Shown here: positions 10,529 through 22,168 of the stretch, one piece after another
Layout of the letters: each line of letters starts with the position of its first letter
Numbering within the stretch: position 1 is the stretch's first letter
From: an uncultured Chloroflexia bacterium
Lineage (GTDB): Bacteria; Chloroflexota; Limnocylindria; Limnocylindrales; CSP1-4
Length of the DNA stretch: 64,000 nucleotides
Direction of reading: 5' to 3'
NCBI GenBank assembly: GCA_963766735.1
Contig: CAVYBU010000025.1
Location: forward strand, 67,227 to 131,226
The notes under the pieces: model-generated
Seen by the model: the letters and a program-made list of their open reading frames with translations, nothing else
Databases searched by the model: none
Told to the model about the DNA's origin: nothing
Program-made: the position numbers and the translations under genes

Positions 10529-11800
10529 TCACACCAGGTAGCGGAACCAGAGGTACGCCGTCGAGATGACCAGCGACGCGGCGACCACGACAACGCCGTA
10601 GCGGAAGAACTCGAAGAAGTGGATCGGGTGGCCGGCCCGCGTGGCGAGGTTCGCGACGACCACGTTCGCCGAGGCACCGACGATCGTGAGGTTGCCGCCC
10701 AGGCAGGCCCCGAGCGCCAGCGACCACCAGAGTGGCTGGATGTCCATCCCGGCCTCTCCCAGGCGCTGGACGACAGGGATCGCCGTGGCCGTGTACGGGA
10801 TGTTGTCGACGATCGCGGACGCGATGGCCGAGAACCAGAGGAGCCCGATCGTGGCGGCCTCCGGCTGTCCCGCCGTCGCGACGGCGAGCTGATCGGCGAT
10901 GCCGCCCACGATCCCGGTCACAACGATCGCCTCGACCAGGATGAACAGCCCGACGAAGAAGAACAGCGTCGACCATTCGATCTCGCGCAGCGTCTGGTGC
11001 GGATCCAGGCCCGCAACGAGCATCAGGACCATTGCCCCGAGCAGGGCGACGGTCGCGGGTTCAACCCCGATGGCCGAATGAATGAGAAATCCGACAAGGG
11101 TCGCTGCCGTCACCACCAGCGAGCGGATCAGGAGCGGCCAGTCCTTGATGGCGCTGTCCTCCCTGCGCTCGAGCGCCGCCTCGCGCCGTTCGTCGGGTAC
11201 CTGGAGAGCGCCCCGGAAGATGACCCGGACGATGACGACGAAGGCCAGGAACACGAGCACCGTGACCGGCCCCAGGTTCAGCAGGAAGTCGTCGAAGCCA
11301 AGGCCTGCGGCCGAGCCGATGAGGATGTTTGGCGGATCACCGATGAGGGTCGCCGTCCCGCCGATGTTCGAGGCAAGGATCCCGGAGATCAGGTACGGCA
11401 TCGGCGACACGTCGAGCCGCCGGGCGATGGACAGCGTGATCGGCGTCATCAGCACGACGGTCGTGACGTTGTCGAGGAACGCGGACAGGACCGCCGTGAC
11501 GGTCGCAAGGATGAGGAGCAGCCGGATCGGGTGGCCCCTCGACAGTGCGACGGATCGGATTGCCAGCCACTCGAAGAAGCCGGTCCTCCCGAGGATGGAG
11601 GCGATCACCATCATGCCTGCGAGGAGGAAGATCACGTTGAGGTCGATCGCCGCGAACGCCTCGTGCTGGTCGATGATGCCGAGGACGATCACGAGCAGGC
11701 CGCCGATCATGGCGATCAGCGTCCGGTCCCAGCGCTCGAGTGCGATCAGGACGTAGGCGACGACGAAGACCGCGGCTGCGATCCAGGCATCCATCGTCAT
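10529..11800 (-). CDS. ArsB/NhaD (SLC13/P-protein-like) anion/cation transporter
   Basis: SAFLDNVTTV, SNIGGTATLIGDPPNI, IVDNIP, LGGNLTIVGASAN motifs. Confidence 0.9.
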   Translation of the reverse strand: MTMDAWIAAAVFVVAYVLIALERWDRTLIAMIGGLLVIVLGIIDQHEAFAAIDLNVIFLLAGMMVIASILGRTGFFEWLAIRSVALSRGHPIRLLLILATVTAVLSAFLDNVTTVVLMTPITLSIARRLDVSPMPYLISGILASNIGGTATLIGDPPNILIGSAAGLGFDDFLLNLGPVTVLVFLAFVVIVRVIFRGALQVPDERREAALERREDSAIKDWPLLIRSLVVTAATLVGFLIHSAIGVEPATVALLGAMVLMLVAGLDPHQTLREIEWSTLFFFVGLFILVEAIVVTGIVGGIADQLAVATAGQPEAATIGLLWFSAIASAIVDNIPYTATAIPVVQRLGEAGMDIQPLWWSLALGACLGGNLTIVGASANVVVANLATRAGHPIHFFEFFRYGVVVVAASLVISTAYLWFRYLV

Positions 11801-12067
11801 GGTCGTGACCGCCTGATGAGCGCGCTACGGGAACGGATGGGGGGGCGAGAGGGGGACCCGTGCCGGGCCCCGGCAGCAGGGACGCGCGTCAGCAATCGGG
11901 CTCGTCGCCGGCCGCCACCACCAGCGACGCGGGCCCGATGGGCGTCGCGTTCATCGTCTCGAGCATCTTCACGCTCCCCAGCATACCGACGGGAGCGCGC
12001 GACAGCCAGACAATCGTAGATGGGCTCCCTGCCCCGGCCCGCGTGGTGCGACCCGGGCGTGCCGCGC

Positions 12068-12967
12068 TCACGCCTCCGCGAGCAGCTCCTCCTTCGCCTT
12101 GAGCATCTCCGCGCGCGCCTCGTCGGACACCTTCGGGAACTGCGGGTCGATGTCCATCAGCGCATCGAGGATGGCCGCGCTCGCGGCGATTCGCATGAAC
12201 CACTTCTTGTCGGCCGGGATCACGTACCAGGGCGCCCGCGCCGTACTGGTGTTCGACAGCACCTCCGAGTACGCCTCCTGGTAGGCGTCCCAGGAGGCCC
12301 GCTCACGGACGTCGGCCGCGGAGAACTTCCAGTTGGCATCAGGCTCCTCGATCCGGTCCAGGAACCGCTTCTTCTGTTCCTCCTTCGACACGTTGAGGAA
12401 CAGCTTCACGACCCGGATGCCGTTGTCGGTCAGGTACCGCTCCCAGTCGTTGATCTCGCGGAATCGACGCTTCCAGACGTCCGATCCCTTTGCCTCTGCC
12501 GGCATCCGCTGGCCCGCCAGGATCTGGGGGTGAACGCGGACGACCAGCGTCTCCTCGTAGTAGGAGCGGTTGAAGATGCCGATCATCCCGCGCGCCGGGA
12601 GCCGCAGCGCCGAGCGCCACAGGTAGTCGTGGTCCATCTCCTGGGCGGACGGGACCTTGAAGCTGGTGACCTCCACGCCCTGGGGGTTCACACCTGAGAG
12701 GACGTGACGGATTGTCCCGTCCTTCCCCGCCGCGTCGATCGCCTGGAAGATCACGAGCAGGCCGTGGACGTCCTGGGCCGCCAGCCGCTGCTGGTATTCG
12801 GACAGCAGCTTCACGCCCTCGGCCAGCACCTCCTCGGCATCGTCCTTGTCCAGGAAGTCAGCGCTGTAGCCGGGGTCGAAGTCCCCAGGGAGCGAGACCT
12901 TCCGGCCGGGGCTGACGCGCAACGGCTCGATCAGTCTGCGGATCTGCTGGGCGCGGTCGTCGGCCAT
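12068..12967 (-). CDS. ppk2: Polyphosphate kinase 2 family (polyphosphate:nucleotide phosphotransferase)
   Basis: GGAGG RBS; QAIDAAGKDGTI Walker A, FNRSYYEE, WKFSAAD, APWYVIPADKKW. Confidence 0.92.
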   Translation of the reverse strand: MADDRAQQIRRLIEPLRVSPGRKVSLPGDFDPGYSADFLDKDDAEEVLAEGVKLLSEYQQRLAAQDVHGLLVIFQAIDAAGKDGTIRHVLSGVNPQGVEVTSFKVPSAQEMDHDYLWRSALRLPARGMIGIFNRSYYEETLVVRVHPQILAGQRMPAEAKGSDVWKRRFREINDWERYLTDNGIRVVKLFLNVSKEEQKKRFLDRIEEPDANWKFSAADVRERASWDAYQEAYSEVLSNTSTARAPWYVIPADKKWFMRIAASAAILDALMDIDPQFPKVSDEARAEMLKAKEELLAEA

Positions 12968-13048
12968 GGCGGACCTCCTGCGGAGCGTGTGGCGGTGGCC
13001 GGGCGACGCGGCGACCTTGCCGGCATTATCCCGTCCCCCGGAATGCCA

Positions 13049-13079
13049 CGAGGCCCCTCCGCGGTGTGGAGGGGCCTCG
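13049..13079 (-). terminator. GC-rich hairpin downstream of NCS1 gene
   Basis: cgaggcccctcc-gcggtgt-ggaggggcctcg, perfect 12-bp stem. Confidence 0.6.
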
Positions 13080-13119
13080 GTCGAGCGTGCGTGGTGCGGA
13101 CCGGCGGGCCGGTCGCCGG

Positions 13120-14701
<1,582 letters not shown>

Positions 14702-15108
14702 GAGCCTCCCTCCACGAAGGTTTTTTGGCCGGTGCCCAGCACCGATATTGGGCGTCGCTCCCTGCGACCGCGCGATGGCGATCCGCCGCACCGCTTCGGG
14801 CGGATCTCCGTGAATACTGACGCGTTGGGCGCGCCCGCGAGCGGTGCCGGCGCAGGCTCCGACCGGGCGTTGGGCGCCAGGTCGAGGCTCCTCGACGGCG
14901 GGAGCGTCGCGACTGATGGCCCATGAGAGCATCGGCGGCCGGACGGACGGAGTGTCTCGGGTCCCGAAGATCCACGCCCTTTGGACTATGCAGGACCCGC
15001 GGAGGACGATCCGGCGCGCCTGTCATGGATGTGCGATCCGGCCCTTGCCCGGCGGTGCCGCGGACCGACGCCTGACGCCTGAAGGCAGGCGGCCAGTCCG
15101 GCCGCCCC

Positions 15109-15275
15109 GACCCGGTGTTCGAAACCGCGGTCGGCCGGATGGGCGTCAACATCTGCGACGACCGCCACTTCCCCGAGGGTGCGAGGGCCAGAGCTACGTC
15201 TGCGATCCCCGCGGGCAGCTCATCGGCGGGGCCGCCTCCGCCCACGACGAGGAGCTCGTCATCCGGGACATGGAA
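15109..15275 (+). pseudogene. Remnant of nitrilase-family beta-ureidopropionase with internal deletion
   Basis: PVFETAVGRMGVNICDDRHFPEGARA followed in another frame by GQSYVCDPRGQLIGGAASAHDEELVIRDM, two motifs normally tens of residues apart. Confidence 0.7.
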
Positions 15276-15306
15276 CCCATCCGTCCCGGGGCCCGGTCTC
15301 CTCGGG

Positions 15307-16437
15307 TCAGCCCTTCGTCTGGCTGGCCGCGTAGCCCTCGGCGTCGTCCTCCTCGTACCCGCCGCGGTAGTCCGACGCGTCCGGGCGACGGATGGAGGAG
15401 TGCGGGACGATCCGGCCGCGGTTATGCCCGCGGAAGTCCTCGAGGCTCGTCCAGCCCCGGTCGGCGTTGCGGTCCAGGAACTCCGCCATCCCGTTGGTCA
15501 GGTCGCGGATGACGTTGGGTCCGATCGCATGGTCCAGCATCGCTGCCGTGGCCACCTGGACGGTGCCGCACCCGAGCAGGAAGTAGTTGAGAGCATGGGC
15601 GAAGGTGGCGACGCCACCGATGCCCGAGAACGCCTTGTCCGGGAAGGCCTGCGTCATCTCGGCCATCTTCGCCAGCGACAGCGGCAGGATCGCCGGCCCG
15701 CCCATGCCGCCCGACGTCACGAGGCCGTCCACGTTGACCTCGAACTCGCCGGTCTCCGGATCCACGAGGGGCACGGACGGGAAGGTGTTCGAGGAAACGA
15801 TCGCGTCCGCACCGCCCAGGAACGTCGCCCGCGCCTCCTCGACGATGTTCGCCGTGGCGGGTGTGAGCTTGACCCAGACCGGCACCTTCGCCACGGCCTT
15901 CACCGCCTGTGTGGAGACTGAGCACAGGACCGCGTCCTTGCCCACGTTGGACCCCATGTCCACGCGGTCCATGTGGGGACACGAGAAGTTGAGCTCGATC
16001 GCGTCCACGCCTGCGTCCTGGACGCCCTGGACCAGCGTCTGCCAGTGCCCCAGCTCCTTGTCGTTGCCGGAGCCGGCCATGATCGAGGCGACGAGGATCC
16101 GGTTCGGCCAGGCGCGCTTGATGTTCGCGAGCTTCGGCAGCCACCAGTCCATCGGCTTGTCCGAGATCAGCTCCCAGTTCCAGGACGCCATCAGCGTGGT
16201 GTCCGGGCGCTTGGCCATCGACACGCGGGAGCCGTCGTGGTCAAGCCGCAGGAACTTCGTCTTGGGTCCCGGGACGTTCACGACCGGGTGGAGCCCGATG
16301 GTCTTCGTGACGACTCCGCCCCAGCCGGCCTCGTAGGCCCGCATGATGTTGCTCTCGGACTCGGTCGGGGGCGCCGACGCGAGCAGGAACGGGTTCTCGA
16401 AGCGGATGCCTGTGAACACCGTGGACAGATCGGCCAC
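15307..16437 (-). CDS. preA: NAD-dependent dihydropyrimidine dehydrogenase subunit PreA-like (no C-terminal ferredoxin domain)
   Basis: NPFLLASAPPT, GWGGVVTKT, NWELISD, ELNFSCPH, VWVKLTP, FSGIGG. Confidence 0.85.
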   Translation of the reverse strand: MADLSTVFTGIRFENPFLLASAPPTESESNIMRAYEAGWGGVVTKTIGLHPVVNVPGPKTKFLRLDHDGSRVSMAKRPDTTLMASWNWELISDKPMDWWLPKLANIKRAWPNRILVASIMAGSGNDKELGHWQTLVQGVQDAGVDAIELNFSCPHMDRVDMGSNVGKDAVLCSVSTQAVKAVAKVPVWVKLTPATANIVEEARATFLGGADAIVSSNTFPSVPLVDPETGEFEVNVDGLVTSGGMGGPAILPLSLAKMAEMTQAFPDKAFSGIGGVATFAHALNYFLLGCGTVQVATAAMLDHAIGPNVIRDLTNGMAEFLDRNADRGWTSLEDFRGHNRGRIVPHSSIRRPDASDYRGGYEEDDAEGYAASQTKG

Positions 16438-16624
16438 TGGGCGAGTCCTCCTGGCGCAGCGGGGATGCTGGTTGGCGCTGCGAGGGCCGCGTGCTCCGGC
16501 CCGTGATGCGCTCAGGATAGGGCCGGGGGTCGCATCGCGGGCGGGAGGCCTTCCACGCCCGGGCCGCGGGCGATAGGCTCGTGGCGCACGACCCGCCCAT
16601 CTCGCTCACGACTGGAGGCCGCAA

Positions 16625-17608
16625 ATGGAGTACCGCAGGCTCGGCAAGACCGGTCGAGACGTGAGCGTCATCGGCTTTGGGGCATGGGCGATCGGGGCCG
16701 ACTGGGGCACCGTGGACGACGCCGACAGCCTCCGCGCGCTCCACGCCGCCGCGGACGCCGGCGTGACGCTCATCGACACGGCTGACGTCTACGGGGACGG
16801 ACACAGCGAGCAGGTCATCCGCCGCTTCCTCGGGGAGCGGCCCGGCGAGGCCTTCTTCGTGGCCACCAAGATCGGGCGCCGCGCTCCCCTGGACATGGCC
16901 GAATACACGCCCGAGGCCTTCCGCGCCTGGACGGATCGCAGCCGGGACAACCTCGGTATGGACACCCTGGACCTCGTCCAGCTGCACTGCCTGCACCCGT
17001 CGATCTACTACCACCCGGAGACCTTCGCCGCCATGGACGATCTGGTCGCCGCCGGCGCGATTGCGAGCTACGGCGTGAGCGTGGAGCGGGTGGAGGAGGG
17101 GCTCAAGGCGATGGAGTTCCCGGGCGTCGCCACGGTCCAGATCATCTTCAACATGTTCCGCCAGCGGCCGGCGGAGCGGTTCCTGGCCGAGGCGTTCCGG
17201 CGCGACGTCGGCGTCCTGGCACGGGTGCCCCTCGCGTCCGGCCTGCTGACCGGCAGGATGTCGGCCGCCACCCAGTTCGAGCCGACGGACCACCGCCTGT
17301 ACAACCGCCAGGGTGCGTCGTTCGACCGGGGCGAGACGTTCGCGGGCGTGGACTACGAGACGGGCCTCGAGGTCGTGGACGCGCTCCGGGGGCTGGTCCC
17401 GGACGATGCCACCCTGGCCCAGCTGGCCCTCCGGTGGATCCTGATGCACGACGGCGTGACCGCCACCATCCCCGGCGCCAAGACCCCGGACCAGGCGCGT
17501 GCCAACGCCGCCGCCGCGGACCTGGCGCCGCTGCCCGCGGCGACGATGGAGCGTGTCGCCGAGCTCTACGAGACGCGCATCAAGCCGCTTGTCCACCAGC
17601 GCTGGTAG
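16625..17608 (+). CDS. Aldo/keto reductase
   Basis: MEYRRLGKTG, IDTADVYG, ATK, LVQLH, IPGAK. Confidence 0.93.
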   Translation: MEYRRLGKTGRDVSVIGFGAWAIGADWGTVDDADSLRALHAAADAGVTLIDTADVYGDGHSEQVIRRFLGERPGEAFFVATKIGRRAPLDMAEYTPEAFRAWTDRSRDNLGMDTLDLVQLHCLHPSIYYHPETFAAMDDLVAAGAIASYGVSVERVEEGLKAMEFPGVATVQIIFNMFRQRPAERFLAEAFRRDVGVLARVPLASGLLTGRMSAATQFEPTDHRLYNRQGASFDRGETFAGVDYETGLEVVDALRGLVPDDATLAQLALRWILMHDGVTATIPGAKTPDQARANAAAADLAPLPAATMERVAELYETRIKPLVHQRW

Positions 17609-17621
17609 GAGAAGGACCACC

Positions 17622-18854
17622 GTGGGCACTCAGATCCGCATCACCGGCGCCGTGCTCACGGAGCGCGAGCACCGCGTCCCGCTGGACCACGCACGCCACG
17701 ACGGTCCGTCCATCACCGTCTTCACCCGCGAGGTGGCCGCCCCGGACGGCCTCGACCGCCCGTACCTCGTGTTTCTCCAGGGCGGCCCCGGGTTCGAGGC
17801 CGCGCGCCCCACGAGCCCGCCCACCGGCTGGATGAAGCGGGCTCTCACCGAGTACCGCGTCCTGCTGCTCGACCAGCGCGGGACGGGCCGTTCCACCCCC
17901 GTTGGGTCGCAGATCCCCGGGGAGACGCCGGCCGACCAGGCCGCCTACCTGACCCACTTCCGGGCCGATGCCATCGTCCGGGACGCCGAATGCATCCGGG
18001 ATGAGCTGGGCGTGGATCGCTGGAGCGTGCTGGGGCAGAGCTTCGGCGGTTTCACATCGCTGACCTACCTCTCGATCGCCCCCGAGGGGCTTCGGGAGGC
18101 GCTCATCACCGGCGGCCTCGCCCCAATCACGAACCGGCCGGTCGATGACGTCTACGGCGCCACGTGGGAGCGCCTCCGCGAGGCGAACCGACGCTACTTC
18201 GAGCGGTACCCGGACGACCGCGACCGCGTCGGCGAAGCCCATCGCCGCATCGAGGCGGAGGACGTCCGGCTGCCGTCCGGTGACCGGCTCACGGTCCGCC
18301 GGTTCCGGCAGATGGGCATGTGGCTGGGCAGCTCCGCAGGCTTCGAGCTCCTCCACCATGTCCTGGAGCTCCCGTTCGGCTCGCCAGCGTTCCTGCACGA
18401 CGTGGAGGGCGCGACTCCCTGGACCCGCAACCCGATGTACGCGACCCTTCACGAATCGTCCTACGCGGACGGGGGCCCCACTCGCTGGTCGGCCCACCGG
18501 CTGACCCCGGACTGGCTGGACGGTTCCGAGGCGTTCACCGCGGAGCACGTCTTCCCGTGGATGTTCGAGGAGTACGGCGGCCTGCGGCCCCACCGCGACG
18601 TGGCTGAGCTGCTGGCAGAGCACCCGTGGCCGCGCCTGTACGACGAGGCGCAGCTGGCCCGCAACGAGGTCCCCGTCGCCGCCACGATCTACGTGGACGA
18701 CCTGTACGTGGAACGTGCCCTCGCCGAGCAGACGGCCGCGGCGGTCCGGGGCCTGCGACCCTGGATCACCAACGAGTACGCCCACAACGGCCTGCGCGCG
18801 GACGGCGAGCGCGTGGTCGGCCGGCTGATCGACCTGGTGAAGGGCCGAGCCTGA
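17622..18854 (+). CDS. Prolyl aminopeptidase / proline iminopeptidase-type alpha/beta hydrolase
   Basis: FLQGGPG, LDQRGTGRS, GQSFGG nucleophile, NEYAHNG. Confidence 0.88.
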   Translation: MGTQIRITGAVLTEREHRVPLDHARHDGPSITVFTREVAAPDGLDRPYLVFLQGGPGFEAARPTSPPTGWMKRALTEYRVLLLDQRGTGRSTPVGSQIPGETPADQAAYLTHFRADAIVRDAECIRDELGVDRWSVLGQSFGGFTSLTYLSIAPEGLREALITGGLAPITNRPVDDVYGATWERLREANRRYFERYPDDRDRVGEAHRRIEAEDVRLPSGDRLTVRRFRQMGMWLGSSAGFELLHHVLELPFGSPAFLHDVEGATPWTRNPMYATLHESSYADGGPTRWSAHRLTPDWLDGSEAFTAEHVFPWMFEEYGGLRPHRDVAELLAEHPWPRLYDEAQLARNEVPVAATIYVDDLYVERALAEQTAAAVRGLRPWITNEYAHNGLRADGERVVGRLIDLVKGRA

Positions 18855-18874
18855 GCAAGAGGGAGGACCGGACG

Positions 18875-19846
18875 ATGAGTGACGACGAGCTCGACCGCCG
18901 GCCGGAGCCGATCGGTCCACCCAACGCCATGGAGGTTCCGCGGTTTGCGGGGCCGGACACGTTCGCGCGGCTGCCGCGGCTCGACGATGTTGGGACGGCC
19001 GCGGTGGCGCTGGTCGGTGTGCCGTTCGACGCCGGTGTCTCGTATCGCAGCGGAGCCCGGTTCGGGCCTGCGGCGATCCGCGCCGGGTCGAAGCTCCTCC
19101 GCCCCTACCACCCGGGCCTGGACGTGGAGCCGTGGCGCCACCACCAGGTGGCCGATGCGGGTGACATCGCCTGCAACCCCTTCGACATCGGCGAGGCCAT
19201 CGCTGCGATCGAGGCCGGTGCCACGGAGCTCGCGACCCGAGCAGACAGGCTCGTGGCCCTGGGCGGCGATCACACGATCGCCCTCCCCCTCGTGCGGGCG
19301 CTGCACCGGCGGCGCGGCCCGCTGGCGCTCGTCCACTTCGACGCCCATCTCGACACCTGGGACACGTACTTCGGGGAGCCCTACACGCACGGAACGCCCT
19401 TCCGGCGGGCGTTCGAGGAGGGGCTCCTGGCGAGCGAGCGATCGGTGCACGTCGGCATCCGCGGACCGCTCTACTCGACGGTGGACCTCCAGCAGGACGC
19501 CGGCATGGGCTTCGAGGTCATCTCGACGGCGGACGTGGCGCGTGCGGGCGTCGACCACGTGATCGGACGCATCCGCGAGCGCGTCGGCAGCACGCCCGTG
19601 TATGTCAGCGTGGACATCGACGTCCTCGATCCAGCGCACGCGCCCGGGACGGGGACGCCCGAGCCCGGTGGCCTCACCACGCGCGAACTGCAGTTCATCC
19701 TGCGCGGCATGGACGGCCTGGACCTCGCCGGCGCGGACGTGGTGGAGGTCTCGCCCGCCTATGACCACGCGGAGCTGACGGCGCTGGCTGCGGCGAACAT
19801 CGCCTACGAGTACCTCGGCCTGTTCGCGCGGGCATCCACGGAGTAG
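18875..19846 (+). CDS. speB: Agmatinase / ureohydrolase
   Basis: GARFGP, LGGDHT, HFDAHLD, SVDIDVLDP, APGTGTPEPGG. Confidence 0.9.
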   Translation: MSDDELDRRPEPIGPPNAMEVPRFAGPDTFARLPRLDDVGTAAVALVGVPFDAGVSYRSGARFGPAAIRAGSKLLRPYHPGLDVEPWRHHQVADAGDIACNPFDIGEAIAAIEAGATELATRADRLVALGGDHTIALPLVRALHRRRGPLALVHFDAHLDTWDTYFGEPYTHGTPFRRAFEEGLLASERSVHVGIRGPLYSTVDLQQDAGMGFEVISTADVARAGVDHVIGRIRERVGSTPVYVSVDIDVLDPAHAPGTGTPEPGGLTTRELQFILRGMDGLDLAGADVVEVSPAYDHAELTALAAANIAYEYLGLFARASTE

Positions 19847-19984
19847 CAGGCGCCCAGACTGGCCATTCGGCGGCATGTTCGACGCGCGGGCGGCGCCCGA
19901 TCCCCGGACGGCGCATGATGCCCCGGACGGCGCTGCATGCGACCCGCTTCGCGCCATCAGTCACGGTTCGGAGGATCAGCTCAC

Positions 19985-20053
19985 ATGGACAAGAAGGCGA
20001 AGACACCCAAGAAGCCGAAGACCGCCAAGCCGAAGGCTCCCAAGGGGTCCTGA
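19985..20053 (+). CDS. 22-aa lysine/proline-rich small protein MDKKAKTPKKPKTAKPKAPKGS
   Basis: GGAGGA at 19970-19975, ATG at 19985, all Lys codons AAG, TGA at 20051; below the ORF-track cut-off. Confidence 0.6.
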   Translation: MDKKAKTPKKPKTAKPKAPKGS

Positions 20054-20126
20054 CGCCACATTCGCCCGAGGCGTTGCCGGGCGCCGCCGCGAAAGCTGGG
20101 GCGCGGCCCCGGCTGCCGGCCCTGCC

Positions 20127-20795
20127 TCAGGGTGCGACCAGACCCCACCGGGGGCCGGTGCTCGCTCCATCCGGAGCCGCCGAGGGGGCGGCCTCCGGCG
20201 GGGAGCTCTCGAACAGGTAGCTGAACTCCGCGCCGTTGTGGCAGACCCAGCAGTTCTCGCGGTCGGCCATCGCGTCCGGCAGGGGCGCATGCTCGTCAAC
20301 GCCGTGACAGGACAGACAGGGCTTGTCGCCGCCCATGTGCTCGGGGCGCATCGGCGCGCCGCTCGTCCCCGACGCCAGCTCCGCGTTCACCTGGTGACAG
20401 ACCAGGCAGTCCTGGGTGTGCAGGCTCGAGTGTCCAGGGGCGGTCTCCACCAGGGCATCCTTCGCGTGGCAGAGGGTGCAGTCCCGGAAGCCCCACACCG
20501 GATGGCCCAGCTTGGGGATCGGCTTGGTGCCCACGGTTCCCGCGATCGTGAGGTGACAGCCTTCGCAGTTGGCGTCCTTCGGCATCTCGATGGCGATCGG
20601 CGACAGCGCCATGCCGGACCCTGGGGTCGGCGCCGGCGTGACGATCGGGGTCGGCGTGGGGGCCTGGAAGGCGGTCAACCCGCTGACGTCCGGCAGCGCC
20701 ACCAGCAGCAGGAAGCCGGCCACGACGCAGATGCCCGCCGTGAGCGCGGCGATGGTGAGTCGGTAGGCGCGCCGGGAGGCGGCGGGGCCGGTCAC
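20127..20795 (-). CDS. Membrane-anchored pentaheme cytochrome c
   Basis: N-terminal TM, Pro/Thr linker, five CxxCH motifs (CEGCH, CTLCH, CLVCH, CLSCH, CWVCH). Confidence 0.88.
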   Translation of the reverse strand: MTGPAASRRAYRLTIAALTAGICVVAGFLLLVALPDVSGLTAFQAPTPTPIVTPAPTPGSGMALSPIAIEMPKDANCEGCHLTIAGTVGTKPIPKLGHPVWGFRDCTLCHAKDALVETAPGHSSLHTQDCLVCHQVNAELASGTSGAPMRPEHMGGDKPCLSCHGVDEHAPLPDAMADRENCWVCHNGAEFSYLFESSPPEAAPSAAPDGASTGPRWGLVAP

Positions 20796-22165
20796 GACTG
20801 GGCTCCAAGCTTGATGGCGGCGACCTCGACGGGCGCAGGCGAGTCCTGGGCGCCGTCCCGCGCCGGGGAGGCGGTGTCATGGGCGTCGTGGTCGTGGTCC
20901 GCGTCGTGCCGACGGACCCATGGCCAGTTGATGCCCACGTGCACGTCCGTCTCGCCCATGTCCAGGTAGCGCTCCGCGAGGGTGTAGGTCAGGGCGAGGA
21001 GGGCGAGACCACCCACGAAGAGCGAGATCTCGACCATCGTGGGCTCGTAGGAGGCGTAGGGGTACGAGATCGTGCCGGCCGCCGTCGTGGTGGGGAAGAT
21101 CTGGCCCGCCATGACGAAGCTGTACCGGTCGGCGAACACCCCGACCAGGACCAGGATCGAGGCTGCGAGCGTCCCGGCCGGGTTCCGCGTCATCGGCATC
21201 AGGAGCAGCAGGGCCGGCGCCACCAGGCCGGCGATCACGCGAACGCCCCAGAACTGGAGGGCCAACGGGCCGCTGACGAGGGCCACCGTGGCCTCGCGGT
21301 GCCCGGGGACGGTCCCCGTGAGCCCGGCGACGACCTGCCGGATGACCAGCGCACTGACGATCACCAGCCCGATGGCCAGGAGGAAGCGCACGGACGGCAG
21401 GGCGATGGAGGCGGACCGCTCATGGTCCGCGAGGCGAAGCCGGTGCACCGCGTAGAACACGATGCCCAGGAGCGCCGTCCCGGCGAGGAACGCCGATGCG
21501 ACCATCTGGATCGGGGTGAAGATGCCGAACCAGTAGGGCTTGGCGGCGAGGACTCCGAACACCGCGCCCAGGGTGAACGGGGCCAGGATCGCGACGCACG
21601 CGGCCAGGGTGCACGCCCACTGGTGGATCCTGGGGTGGTCGGAGAACATGCTCCAGACCTCGACCAGGAGCACCACGAGGTAGCCGCCGTAGAACACGCC
21701 CATCCACCACATCGGGGAGCTGGGCGAGGGCACGAACACCGCGCCGAACACCATCCGCACCGGGTAGTGCAGGTCCAGCGCGATGATCACGAACGCGGTC
21801 GAGAGGCTGAGGACGGCCAGGATCGCGTGCCGCTTCTCGAACGGACGGAAGCGCTCGATCCCGAACACCGTGCCCAGCGAGGAGGCGAGGCACAGCCCGC
21901 TGGTCATGATCGCGAAGAAGACGTAGGCCACGATCATGAGGCCCCACTCGAAGCTCGGCGTCGTGCCGAACACCTCCCAGCCCGGGGGCAGGGAGAGGAG
22001 CGCGGCGATGGACGCGATCGCGAGGACCGCCAGCAGGCCGCCGATCCAGAGGCGGAGCCCGAACGGCATGGAGCGCACCTCGCGCACCACGGCGGCGCCG
22101 GCGGCGCGCGGGCCGATGGGGACGGTCCGCCCGCCGAGGTGGAGCGTGTGTCCGGATGCGGTCAT
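20792..22165 (-). CDS. NrfD/PsrC family integral membrane quinol-interacting subunit
   Basis: WGLMIVAYVFF, DLHYP, SSPMWWM, about 10 TM helices, DRYSFV. Confidence 0.9.
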   Translation of the reverse strand: MTASGHTLHLGGRTVPIGPRAAGAAVVREVRSMPFGLRLWIGGLLAVLAIASIAALLSLPPGWEVFGTTPSFEWGLMIVAYVFFAIMTSGLCLASSLGTVFGIERFRPFEKRHAILAVLSLSTAFVIIALDLHYPVRMVFGAVFVPSPSSPMWWMGVFYGGYLVVLLVEVWSMFSDHPRIHQWACTLAACVAILAPFTLGAVFGVLAAKPYWFGIFTPIQMVASAFLAGTALLGIVFYAVHRLRLADHERSASIALPSVRFLLAIGLVIVSALVIRQVVAGLTGTVPGHREATVALVSGPLALQFWGVRVIAGLVAPALLLLMPMTRNPAGTLAASILVLVGVFADRYSFVMAGQIFPTTTAAGTISYPYASYEPTMVEISLFVGGLALLALTYTLAERYLDMGETDVHVGINWPWVRRHDADHDHDAHDTASPARDGAQDSPAPVEVAAIKLGAQS

Positions 22166-22168
22166 CGC

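Noticed and set aside
11801-12020. Possible leader peptide (MLETMNATPIGPASLVVAAGDEPDC) or riboswitch before the ArsB/NhaD gene
   Set aside because: No diagnostic residue run or riboswitch consensus on the coding strand
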